A stretch of DNA of 64,000 nucleotides. Source: Gemmatales bacterium (GTDB lineage Bacteria > Planctomycetota > Planctomycetia > Gemmatales > Gemmataceae). Of this stretch, positions 1 through 8,851 are shown piece by piece. The first letter of the stretch is position 1; every line of letters begins with the position of its first letter. The stretch lies in NCBI GenBank assembly GCA_026004675.1, contig BPJP01000002.1, forward strand, positions 653,335 through 717,334, given 5' to 3'. Under the pieces are notes generated by a model that had not been told where the DNA came from, searched no databases, and saw only the letters and a list, made by a program, of their open reading frames with translations. The position numbers and the translations under genes are program-made.

Positions 1-208
1 GCGAGTCTTGACTTTCGCCATGGTAGACGGCCAACTTGTCGACAAAGAAACGAATAGTGTCTGGCATCCCATCAGCGGCCAGGCCCTGAAAGGCCCCCTC
101 AAGGGCACATGGCTGTCGCCCCTGCCTGCGTTTTTGTCCTATCGCCACGTCTGGAAGGGGTTCCATCCCGATTCCGAATACGGGCCGGGCGATCGGCGGC
201 AAAAATAA
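1..208 (+). CDS. C-terminal fragment of a hypothetical protein; partial, the gene continues upstream of the window
   Basis: ORF runs to the left edge of the window (…DGQLVDKETNSVWHPISGQALKGPLKG…) and ends at a stop at 208. No recognisable family. Confidence 0.3.
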   Translation, partial: RVLTFAMVDGQLVDKETNSVWHPISGQALKGPLKGTWLSPLPAFLSYRHVWKGFHPDSEYGPGDRRQK

Positions 209-420
209 CCCCATCTGCACGTCGCCCCCCTTCTGGCGAGTAGCGCAAATGGTCTTATGAAGATGTGCCGACCCGCGCCGACAATGACGCCCTTCCTCGT
301 CTCTGATCGATTTCGCATGTGAACCTGGTGCGCGCGGGGGCGTGGTTGGGAGTATTGAGGATTTAGCCAACTAGTTTAGCTACCTTATCTGGTTCACCGT
401 CAACTAACGGTGTTTCCCGG

Positions 421-490
421 ATGGCACGCTCGACGAGCGTCGCAGCGTCATCGCATCGGCGAGCGTCGCAGCGTCAGCGCGACGAGCAGA
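421..490. repeat. short direct repeat (cgagcgtcgcagcgtca occurs twice, about 27 nt apart) in a 600 bp intergenic region
   Basis: Direct inspection: gagcgtcgcagcgtca at about 430-445 and about 457-472. Confidence 0.3.
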
Positions 491-810
491 CTTGGAGATC
501 ATACGAGCTTTGGCAGAACCAGATGGCAGGTTTTGCAGCGAGCTTGATACAAGCGCACGACCTTGTTGCACTTGGGACAACGCAGGATTTTCTTTTTCTT
601 GGCGCGCTTGGTGGTGCGCGGTCGCGATCGCATGGCTTCTTCTCCCGACAGACTTCTTTCTTGAACCGAACGCGCCTTATGATAGCGATTTTTTCACTAG
701 TTTCTACTTGATCTTCATGCCGCGAGCGAGCACGATGCAGCAATGCCGGCTAGCAACGTTCGGCTTCCCCCCGCCTATTTCGGTCAACCGTTATCGATCA
801 GGAGATTGCC

Positions 811-1722
811 GTGCGGACCCTCGTTCTCACCATTGGTTTGGTTGGTTGCCTTAGTGGCGTTCTCGCCCAGGAGAAAAGACCGGGATTGCTGATTGTTGAC
901 GGCAAAGGCAAAGAACACGCGGTCCAGTCGTGGAAATTTACAGCTGGCGTTCGCGAGATGTCCTGGCTCGCGCCTCCTGCAAAAGCGAAGCCGGCGACTC
1001 CGAAGGACGGTGAGGCGAAACGCCCCGTGCCTCGCCCAACCGGACCGCTGGCTTTTGAATTTCGCGAAGAAAACTCCACCAACTTCGTCAACGGGATCGT
1101 GACCCTTATTCCGCTGGCCCATCTCGAAGAACTGGCGTTCGACGATGAAAACCAGACGGTGACGGCGAAAGTGGCCGGTCCTGCCGATGCCGAGCCAATC
1201 GTCTTGAAAGGGTCCACCAAATATCGAGGCATCAACAAGGTAGCCATCGAAGTTGAAATCCCCCGTGGCGATATGGGCATCGCATCGGTTACGTTTCGAG
1301 GCGGGGTTCCGAACGGCATCCAGCGTGTCAAACTGCTTTCAGCCAAGCCGGCAGCTCCGGTCAAGCCCCCGGCCATCACTCTTGTCGCGGCCGACGAAAA
1401 CAAGAGCGTGCACAAAGTGTCGGACCTCAAGGTTCTGTACCGGGATAGCGATGGCCGCTGGCAGTTGTCATCGACTTTGATGTTCAAGAAAACCCTTAAA
1501 GTCGATCTCGGCAAGATCAAGTCGCTCAAAATCTCCCGGGAACAAGCCGATCGATGCGAGGTGATCTTTGCTGACGGCGAAGAACTCAGCCTGACATTGT
1601 TGAAAACGGTCACTCTCGACGACCAGCGTTTGTTGTTGGAAGGGCTATTGGCCACCGTGCCGGCGGGCTACAAGCTGTTCCCATTGCACACCGTGACGAC
1701 AGTGCAATTCAACACCGAGTGA
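811..1722 (+). CDS. secreted hypothetical protein
   Basis: 303 aa ORF with an N-terminal signal peptide (MRTLVLTIGLVGCLSGVLAQ). Upstream GGAG-like RBS at 800-805. Clean coding frame. No recognisable domain. Confidence 0.6.
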   Translation: MRTLVLTIGLVGCLSGVLAQEKRPGLLIVDGKGKEHAVQSWKFTAGVREMSWLAPPAKAKPATPKDGEAKRPVPRPTGPLAFEFREENSTNFVNGIVTLIPLAHLEELAFDDENQTVTAKVAGPADAEPIVLKGSTKYRGINKVAIEVEIPRGDMGIASVTFRGGVPNGIQRVKLLSAKPAAPVKPPAITLVAADENKSVHKVSDLKVLYRDSDGRWQLSSTLMFKKTLKVDLGKIKSLKISREQADRCEVIFADGEELSLTLLKTVTLDDQRLLLEGLLATVPAGYKLFPLHTVTTVQFNTE

Positions 1723-1738
1723 CCAGCGGACGAACGGG

Positions 1739-2836
1739 CTAATCATCACGGAACAGCACGGCCAGATCGGGATTCGTTCGCCGACGCCAAATGAAGCCAT
1801 CAAGGATGTAGTGCGTCATTTGCGGGACGGCAAGCAGAGGCACGAGCAGCATCTCCCACCAACCCACATCCCAGGTGCTGCCGAACAAGCCAGTGCGTTC
1901 GTGCCAGATGCCGCGATGCCAAAACATCTCTTCAAGGTAAGCGAGCAACCAGATGGTGGCCAGGAAAGTTGCCAGCATGGAAACGCGCGACGATGCGGAT
2001 GTGTACTGGTGCGTCTGTCTTCGACGGAGGCGGTACCAGTAGACCAGCACCATATAGGGGACGCCATGAATAATGACATTGGTTACGGTGAAGGCATAGT
2101 CGGAGTTGAACGTGATAATGCCGACGTGCCAGCACAGGGCGGTGGTGATCACAACGATATCTTTTCCCGGGTTGGGCGTTTTCGCGATCACCCACTGGTA
2201 AGCCATGCGGAGCAGATAAAACGTTAGTATTCCCCAATAAATGGGGCAGAGAATAGCCTCCACGATTCGTGGAATGCCCGCGAAATCGTTCGGACGAAAC
2301 CACCAGAATTCGCGTGGCAAATGAGCGTGCCAATAGACCAGAGGATAGATGGTCGCCAGGTAGATGGCAGCGCTATCGACCCAATGGCCGAACGTGTCGT
2401 TTTCGCCAAGACGGGCCCGATACAGCGCCACCCAACCGTATTGTTGTCGAACGAAATGAAAGACCGCCAGATAAGCGAGGACCCGCCAGAATAAACTCGC
2501 TCCTTCGCCATAGATAGCGACGGCGAGAATGAATGAGACGACCGGCACGGCTACGTAAAGCAGGGGGCGTCGCGCGAGTTCGTGCCGGTCGAAATAGACG
2601 CGAAAACCAGTGGACCAGACGTGGGCAACGTCGATAAGCAGGATGGTGGGTACCCACGCCCAAGTCGGGGAGTCCGAATGCAAAACCCCCAACCAGGCAC
2701 CGATGGCCAAAAGGAGAAAGGAGGCGGCAGCACTTCCCAAAAAGGCTCCGATATCCAGCGCCGGTGAAAACAGCCACCATCGCCGACGCTGTGCCGGCCA
2801 AACTCGCTCTGCGATCGAAGCAAGCTCGCTGGTCAT
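1739..2836 (-). CDS. multi-pass integral membrane protein, hypothetical
   Basis: 365 aa ORF with at least 8 hydrophobic helices rich in Trp, Tyr and His (for example LLAIGAWLGVL, ILLIDVAHVW, VVSFILAVAIYG). No soluble domain. Confidence 0.55.
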   Translation of the reverse strand: MTSELASIAERVWPAQRRRWWLFSPALDIGAFLGSAAASFLLLAIGAWLGVLHSDSPTWAWVPTILLIDVAHVWSTGFRVYFDRHELARRPLLYVAVPVVSFILAVAIYGEGASLFWRVLAYLAVFHFVRQQYGWVALYRARLGENDTFGHWVDSAAIYLATIYPLVYWHAHLPREFWWFRPNDFAGIPRIVEAILCPIYWGILTFYLLRMAYQWVIAKTPNPGKDIVVITTALCWHVGIITFNSDYAFTVTNVIIHGVPYMVLVYWYRLRRRQTHQYTSASSRVSMLATFLATIWLLAYLEEMFWHRGIWHERTGLFGSTWDVGWWEMLLVPLLAVPQMTHYILDGFIWRRRTNPDLAVLFRDD

Positions 2837-2893
2837 GCGCAGTTAGAGGATCATTGATCGAGAAAGAGACCCGCCATCGACCACTCTTTCAGA

Positions 2894-3268
2894 TTAGTCG
2901 CGACGAGAACTGTCTCGTTCTCCCGTATAGAGTTTCAGATCCGGCGGCCCCTGGCAACTGACGACCACCATCCCATTCGGACCGGCTACTGTTCCGTGTT
3001 GTTCGCCTGCGGGTACGAAAACGACGTCGCCAACTGTGATCGGCGTCAGTTTTTCTCCTTGTTTAAGCCAGCCCGATCCCTCGAGAACGAAAAACACGTC
3101 TTCCGATTCATCGTGCACATGCTGGGGGAATTCGGCATTGGCGTCGTAGCGAATGTAATTGAACGTTACGTGTTTCGCCCCATTCTCAGGCGAGATCAGT
3201 ACGGTGGACTGGGTATTTCCCATCGTGAAAGGTTTGCCATCACGATGGATATTGAGAACCTTGGCCAT
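2894..3268 (-). CDS. cupin-domain protein
   Basis: Internal Met start (MAKVLNIHRDG…). Cupin motifs G(X)5HxH…E (FPQHVHDESEDVFFVLEGSG) and PxGxxH (VPAGEQHG). The longer upstream in-frame extension (to 3871) is Arg/Ser-rich low-complexity sequence and is probably not coding. Confidence 0.65.
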   Translation of the reverse strand: MAKVLNIHRDGKPFTMGNTQSTVLISPENGAKHVTFNYIRYDANAEFPQHVHDESEDVFFVLEGSGWLKQGEKLTPITVGDVVFVPAGEQHGTVAGPNGMVVVSCQGPPDLKLYTGERDSSRRD

Positions 3269-3342
3269 GGCGTCGCACCTTTCAGGACTCAAAGGATCGC
3301 GGCGGTAGCCGCATTTTGTCAGCAAGGAAACCGGACGCAGGC

Positions 3343-6300
3343 TCAGGCAACCGGCGAGGCAGGAGCTGGCCCTTGCCCTGCCGTTACCAGGTCGACAGCA
3401 TGTTGATCGGCCCTTTTTCTTTGCCATTTGGCAGCAAGCGACATTTTCCATTCCATCATCAGCGTGAACAGCGCGGGAACTAGAATAACGGTAACGAGGG
3501 TCGAAACGAGCAAGCCGCCCAAAACGACCGCGCCCAAACCGCGATAAAGTTCGCTGCCGGCGCCGGGGAACAGCACCAGTGGCAGCAGGCCGAAAACCGT
3601 CGTTGCAGTCGTCATGAAAATCGGCCGGATGCGGTTGCGGACGCTTTCCAGAACCGCTTCCCGCATAGGCATGCCTTCTTCCATGTGCACCAAGGTTTGT
3701 TTGACGATCAAAATCGGATTGTTGACGACGGTGCCGATGAGAATGACGAAGCCAAGCATGGTAAGAACGTCGAGCGATTGCAGGACGAAGATGTTCAAAA
3801 GCCAAAGCCCGATGAAGCCGCCGACAGCTCCCAGCGGCACGCTGACGATAATGACGAAAGGATACAGCCACGATTCAAAGAGGGCTGCCATCAACAGGTA
3901 AGTAATCAAGAGGGCCAGCAAGAAGTTCCAGCGCAAAGCATACCAGGTGGCCCGAAGTTTGTCAGCGGTGCCGGCGAGATTGATCTGATAAAGCCCTCCC
4001 TCGAGGTCTCCTCGTTCCATGATCGGCTTGGCGATATGCGTCTGGATCAAGTCCATGGCCTCTTCGAGCGGCACATTTTCGGGAGGAGAAACCTGGATGG
4101 TGATGGCTCGTTGTCGTTCCCGCCGGTTGACTTGTTCTGGACCGGCACCCATTTGAATATCTGCCAGCGCTTTCAACGGCACCAAAGAGCCGGTACGGGT
4201 CGCGATCGGCAGGGCTTCCAGGTCTTGCGTCCTCCTGGCGAACTGCTCCTGGCCAATGATGCGCAGATCGATTTTGTCGCCTTTTTCAAAGAAGTCGGCA
4301 GCATAAGCACCATCGACCAAAGCATCGACGGCATAGCCCAATTCCGAAGCGGCGATCTGCATTTCGGCACAATACTCCGGTTTGGGGATCAAATGCATCT
4401 CTGGACTGGACAAATCAAGACTCGGCCGGGGAATGGCTTGCGCGCCCGGCAGGATTTGCCCGACTTTGCCAATGACTTCGGTTCCCAAAGCCACCAGTTT
4501 TTTCAGGTCCGGGCCGGTGATTTCCACATCGACGGTCCGCCCTGCTCCCATGCCGCGTTCAAAGAGGCTGGACTGTTTGGCGAGGACAAAGGTACCGGGG
4601 ATTTTGCCGACGACTTGCCGCACAAGCGGGATAAGCTCACTCGCTCGCGCGGGGTCCGCACAACGAAGCCCCAAAAAGAGATTGCGGTCCCGAGCGACAA
4701 AGAAATAGTCGCCTATGGCTGGATAGTCGCCGACGCTAAGGGTCCCCTCATCCACATCCCAATAGGGACGCAGTTCCTCTTCGATCTGAGCGCCGATGGC
4801 CAGAGATTGATCGAGATTGTAGCCAGCAGGCGGTAACAGGATCCCCAAAACCAGGTTCCGGTTCCCCGAAGGCAAGTATTCCACCTTCGGCATCAGCAGC
4901 CAGATGAGGCCAAGCGACACCCCGACAAATCCGAGTACGGTGGCCAGCCGCAAAAACACACTGCGCTGGAGGCGGACATTGATCCGAATGATGACGTCGA
5001 CAAACGACTGGCCGATCCAGTTGAAGGGAGCGAGCAGGAACGTGCCAAAGACAGAGCGTTTTGTCGCTCTGATTCGGCCAGCACCTTCAAAGCCAAACGA
5101 TTGCTGCCCGCCGACCAACCTGGCTGCTGCCGTCGGAATGACCGTTATCGACACCAGCAGCGAAAGGGCAATGCCGCAACTGATGGCCAGAGCGATGTCA
5201 CGGAACAGCTGGCCGGCTTCTTCCTGGACGAACAGGACCGGAATGAAGACGGCGAGGGTGGTCAGGGTGGAAGCGAGAACCGCTCCCCACACTTCGTAAG
5301 TACCGACGACGGCCGCCTGCAACGGGGATTTGCCTAACTGGTAATGGCGATAAATGTTTTCCAGTACGACCACGGCGTTGTCGACCAGCATGCCGACGGC
5401 AAAGGCCAACCCAGCCAGGCTGATGACATTCAACGATCTGCCCATCAGGTACAGCATCAGGAATGTGCCGATAATCGAGGTGGGGATCGCCAAGCCAATG
5501 ACGAGCGTGGACCGGCCGCTGCGCAAAAACAGCAACAACACGATCACCGTCAACAGGCCGCCGACGAGGATATTGTTGGTGACCAGCCCGATAGCGGAGT
5601 AGATATATTCGGTTTCATCATAGACCTGCGATAACGTAAGGTTTTTCTGGGCAAGGATGCCTTCATTGAGTCTCTTGTTGGCGGCCCGCAACCCCTCCAT
5701 TACTTCGAGAACATTGGCGTTGTTTTTCCTCAGCACGCTGATAGCCAGCCGCTCGGTGCCGAATCGCCTTACTAAACCATCTGGCTTTTTGAAGCCCCGC
5801 ACTACTTGAGCGACGTCGCGGACATAGACAGGCTCGCCGTTTTCGTGCTTAATGACGGTATTGGCGACTTGTTCCGCCGTTTCGAATTGCCCCAGGGTGC
5901 GAACGACCCAGCGGCGTTTCCCTTCCCAAAAATCGCCGCCTGAGATATTCTTGTTTTCCACATCGAGGGCGCGACGCACGTCCTCAATCGTAATGCGCCG
6001 CGCCGCGAGTCGATGCGGGTTGACGATGACTTGCATTTCGACTTCGCGGCCACCGCGAACTTCAGCGTCGGCCACACCATCGACCCGTTCCAGTTCAGCT
6101 TCGATAACGTCTTCGGCGAACTTGCGCAATTTGGTTACGTCCATTTCCGGCGGCAGCAACTCGCGCAATGCAGGATATTTCTCCGCCGCTTCGCGCAAAC
6201 GCAAGCCCGCTACCCCGAAGTTCGGTGCCCTTCGAATCGGTTCCAGTACCTCCGTCAATTCCGGATGTTTCTCCGCGAAGGCGTCGATCTCCGCTAATGT

Positions 6301-6741
6301 CGGGGGACGTGGACTCAAAATGAACCAGGCAATCGCTCGATCCGACAAATTGGAAGATTCGATCACTGGCTTGTCTGCGTCAATGGGATACTCGCGGACC
6401 TGTTGCAAATGCGTGTTGACGCGCAACATCGCATCACGAAGATCGGTACCAATGGCGAATTCCAGCGTGATCCGACCGCGCGAATGCATCGCTTCCGAGG
6501 TCATCTTGACGACGCCTTCGACGCTCTTTAAATGCGTTTCCTGCTCGTAGATGATTTCCCGTTCGATCTCCTGCGGGCTGGCTCCGTTCCAAGTGGTTTC
6601 CACTGTGATGGTGGGAGTTTGCACTTCGGGTGTCAGTTGCATGGGCATGCCGAAAAGCGCGATGCTGCCAAACAAAGCGATCAGCAAGACACCCACGGAG
6701 ATCTTGACCGGGTTACGCACGCATAATTCGATGAGCCCCAT
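3343..6741 (-). CDS. RND efflux transporter permease (AcrB/CzcA family)
   Basis: 1132 aa protein with 12 TM segments arranged 1+5 / 1+5 around two large periplasmic loops. Conserved RND stretches (VVVLENIYRH, GLLPLVLFPGAGSE). Confidence 0.9.
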   Translation of the reverse strand: MGLIELCVRNPVKISVGVLLIALFGSIALFGMPMQLTPEVQTPTITVETTWNGASPQEIEREIIYEQETHLKSVEGVVKMTSEAMHSRGRITLEFAIGTDLRDAMLRVNTHLQQVREYPIDADKPVIESSNLSDRAIAWFILSPRPPTLAEIDAFAEKHPELTEVLEPIRRAPNFGVAGLRLREAAEKYPALRELLPPEMDVTKLRKFAEDVIEAELERVDGVADAEVRGGREVEMQVIVNPHRLAARRITIEDVRRALDVENKNISGGDFWEGKRRWVVRTLGQFETAEQVANTVIKHENGEPVYVRDVAQVVRGFKKPDGLVRRFGTERLAISVLRKNNANVLEVMEGLRAANKRLNEGILAQKNLTLSQVYDETEYIYSAIGLVTNNILVGGLLTVIVLLLFLRSGRSTLVIGLAIPTSIIGTFLMLYLMGRSLNVISLAGLAFAVGMLVDNAVVVLENIYRHYQLGKSPLQAAVVGTYEVWGAVLASTLTTLAVFIPVLFVQEEAGQLFRDIALAISCGIALSLLVSITVIPTAAARLVGGQQSFGFEGAGRIRATKRSVFGTFLLAPFNWIGQSFVDVIIRINVRLQRSVFLRLATVLGFVGVSLGLIWLLMPKVEYLPSGNRNLVLGILLPPAGYNLDQSLAIGAQIEEELRPYWDVDEGTLSVGDYPAIGDYFFVARDRNLFLGLRCADPARASELIPLVRQVVGKIPGTFVLAKQSSLFERGMGAGRTVDVEITGPDLKKLVALGTEVIGKVGQILPGAQAIPRPSLDLSSPEMHLIPKPEYCAEMQIAASELGYAVDALVDGAYAADFFEKGDKIDLRIIGQEQFARRTQDLEALPIATRTGSLVPLKALADIQMGAGPEQVNRRERQRAITIQVSPPENVPLEEAMDLIQTHIAKPIMERGDLEGGLYQINLAGTADKLRATWYALRWNFLLALLITYLLMAALFESWLYPFVIIVSVPLGAVGGFIGLWLLNIFVLQSLDVLTMLGFVILIGTVVNNPILIVKQTLVHMEEGMPMREAVLESVRNRIRPIFMTTATTVFGLLPLVLFPGAGSELYRGLGAVVLGGLLVSTLVTVILVPALFTLMMEWKMSLAAKWQRKRADQHAVDLVTAGQGPAPASPVA

Positions 6742-6897
6742 GGTGCAGCTTTCTCAATTGTCGAGTCAACGGTCCCAAATACAAAGCATGGCTGGATGTA
6801 TTTCCTCCACGCGCAGTGGAGCAATGGCTGGTCTCTGCTTCGGTCGGGGAGGGCTCGTCTGGTGGCGGATACCGTTGTCGGCGTGTTACCGCCCGGT

Positions 6898-8109
6898 TCA
6901 GTCTTGAAAAACGGCGTCCACCTTTTGGCCAGGACGAAGCCGTTCATTCCCTTGGACGACGACGACGTCGTTGTCGCTAAGTTCGCCTTTGACTTCGATC
7001 CAGTCTTCGTGGGCGAGACCCAGCTCGACGGGAACCCTGCGAGCGATGCCTTGCTTGACGACGAAGACAAGGTGGCGGCTGCCGCCAAGAACCAAAGCGT
7101 CTTTCGGAACGAAGTAGGCTTCTTTGTCCAGTTCACCAACAGGGAGGGTCACGCGGGCGAACATGCCGGCTTTCAATAGTACGTTCTTCTTGCCCAGTTT
7201 CTTGTTTTTCAAGCGTATTTTGACCGGAAAAGTGCGGGAGCGCAGGTCGCCTTTGGGAACGATCAGTTGGATGGTGCCTGTAAAGGTTCGATCAGGCAGT
7301 GCCCCCACATCGACGCGAACGGTTTGCCCTTCGCGCAGAAAGCCGACGTAATCCTCGAGCACGCCGACTTGAACATCGACTTCGGCCAGCTCCGCGATCT
7401 CCACGACGGGGTCACCGGGTTTGAGCCACTGGCCGACTTCGGTGAATTCGGCGGTGATGTAGCCGTCGAACGGCGCGCGAATCGTGTGCCTTTCGAGTTG
7501 TTCTTCGAGTCGATCCAAAAGCGCTTGTTGCGAAGCGACGCGCGCCTTGGCCTGTGCGATGCGTTGTTGTCTTGGTCCTTGCAGAATCTTGAGAGCGGCT
7601 TTCGCTTCTTCCAGATTGGCCTGGGCCTGTTCGGCGAGCGACGCCGATTCTTCGAGATCCTCTCTGCTGACGCCCCGGCCAACAAGCGTCTGGTTGCGTT
7701 GGCGTTTGGCTTTAGCGAAGCGCAAGGCCGCCTCGGCTAATGCCAGCCGAGCTTTGGCCTGTTCGATTTCCACAGGCAGCGAAGATACCAGTTCCTTCAA
7801 TTCCACTTGGCGCAAATCCAAATCCGCCCGTGCCGCCGCAACGTCTGCCTCGATAAGCTGTTGGCGTAATTTCGCGATGGGCTGGCCAGCACGCACATAA
7901 TCTCCTTCGTTGACAAGGAATTCGGCCACCCGACCATCAACGGCGCTGCCTACGGTGCTGACTCGAACCGGCATGATCGTGCCGACGAACGATTGGCTGG
8001 AAGCCGCCTTCATTTTTCGAACGCGCATCGTCACGACGCGGGCCGCTTCTTGCGCCGTGAGGACCGGCACGAACCATGCGACCAAGGCAACAGTCAGCAG
8101 CCGATTCAT
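6898..8109 (-). CDS. RND efflux periplasmic adaptor (membrane fusion protein, HlyD family)
   Basis: 403 aa protein with signal/anchor sequence, long coiled-coil hairpin (AEAALRFAKAKRQRNQ…), beta-barrel and lipoyl-like motifs. Lies immediately upstream of the RND pump on the same strand. Confidence 0.85.
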   Translation of the reverse strand: MNRLLTVALVAWFVPVLTAQEAARVVTMRVRKMKAASSQSFVGTIMPVRVSTVGSAVDGRVAEFLVNEGDYVRAGQPIAKLRQQLIEADVAAARADLDLRQVELKELVSSLPVEIEQAKARLALAEAALRFAKAKRQRNQTLVGRGVSREDLEESASLAEQAQANLEEAKAALKILQGPRQQRIAQAKARVASQQALLDRLEEQLERHTIRAPFDGYITAEFTEVGQWLKPGDPVVEIAELAEVDVQVGVLEDYVGFLREGQTVRVDVGALPDRTFTGTIQLIVPKGDLRSRTFPVKIRLKNKKLGKKNVLLKAGMFARVTLPVGELDKEAYFVPKDALVLGGSRHLVFVVKQGIARRVPVELGLAHEDWIEVKGELSDNDVVVVQGNERLRPGQKVDAVFQD

Positions 8110-8564
8110 GAAACGGTCTCCTCGACAATCGATTTGGTTTTCAGGTTTTCTTGAATTCTGGCGAGCACTCTTTTGACGACAGCCAGTTCGTCCTCATTCA
8201 AATCACGAACGGCACGGGCCCGGACTCGGCGGGCGCAACGCGTGATCTTCTTCCACACCGGCTGGACCTGAGGCGTCGGAGAAATCCGTTTCTTTCGCCG
8301 GTCCATTCTCGACGTTTGCCGCCTGATCCAGCCATTTCTCTCCATGCGGTCGAGAATTCCCACCAGTGTCGGCGCTTCGACTCGCATGCGATCGGCCAAC
8401 TCGGACTGCGTCAAGTCCCCTTCCAATGCCAGCCAACCCAACACCTGACATTGGCGGTACGTAATGCCGTGCTGCGCCAATTCGTCGTTCATGGCGCGTT
8501 CGAACATCCGTGCGGTCATCATGACCCAAAAGCCAATGCTTTCTTCGAAATCGTATTCCAGCAC
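8106..8564 (-). CDS. MarR-family transcriptional regulator
   Basis: 152 aa winged-helix protein (…QCQVLGWLALEGDLTQSELADRMRVEAPTLVGILDRMERNGWIRR…). Its stop overlaps the start of the adaptor gene, so the three genes form an operon. Confidence 0.85.
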   Translation of the reverse strand: MLEYDFEESIGFWVMMTARMFERAMNDELAQHGITYRQCQVLGWLALEGDLTQSELADRMRVEAPTLVGILDRMERNGWIRRQTSRMDRRKKRISPTPQVQPVWKKITRCARRVRARAVRDLNEDELAVVKRVLARIQENLKTKSIVEETVS

Positions 8565-8851
8565 AGCAGGCCCCCTAACGTTGGTTCGTTCGCTAACTAA
8601 CTATTTTGCTCCTCGCCTTCTCGTTCGGCAAGTGGCCAGCCGTTTTATCGTTGCCGAACAACAGCCAAGCGGGCAAACCGAACAGGTCGCCTCTGACGGG
8701 AAACGACGAATTACGAAGTGCAAGCAGAAAAGTTTCTTGAAAACGCCAGACTCAGACAGAATTGGTTAACCCCCTGTCCGCTCTTATGGTCTAATCGAGA
8801 TATCCTAGCAGGAAGTTGCTAGATTCCTATTTCTCCAACCTGGGTGGCCCC

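Noticed and set aside
474-743. 89-aa basic, Cys-containing minus-strand ORF in the first intergenic region (considered as a possible small ribosomal or zinc-ribbon protein)
   Set aside because: No convincing match to L28, L33, L36 or S21-type sequences. Overlaps equally long ORFs in other frames. No RBS. Kept only as part of the repeat-containing non-coding interval.
2894-3871. Long form (325 aa) of the cupin ORF
   Set aside because: Only the last 124 aa form a cupin domain with its own Met start. The upstream 200 aa are Arg/Ser/His-rich low-complexity and overlap the RND gene end region. Treated as a non-coding extension.
3685-4836. 383-aa ORF on the + strand inside the RND pump gene
   Set aside because: Lies entirely antisense to a well-supported 1132-aa RND gene. 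Translation is low-complexity (Gly/Asp/Arg-rich) as expected for the reverse frame of high-GC coding DNA.
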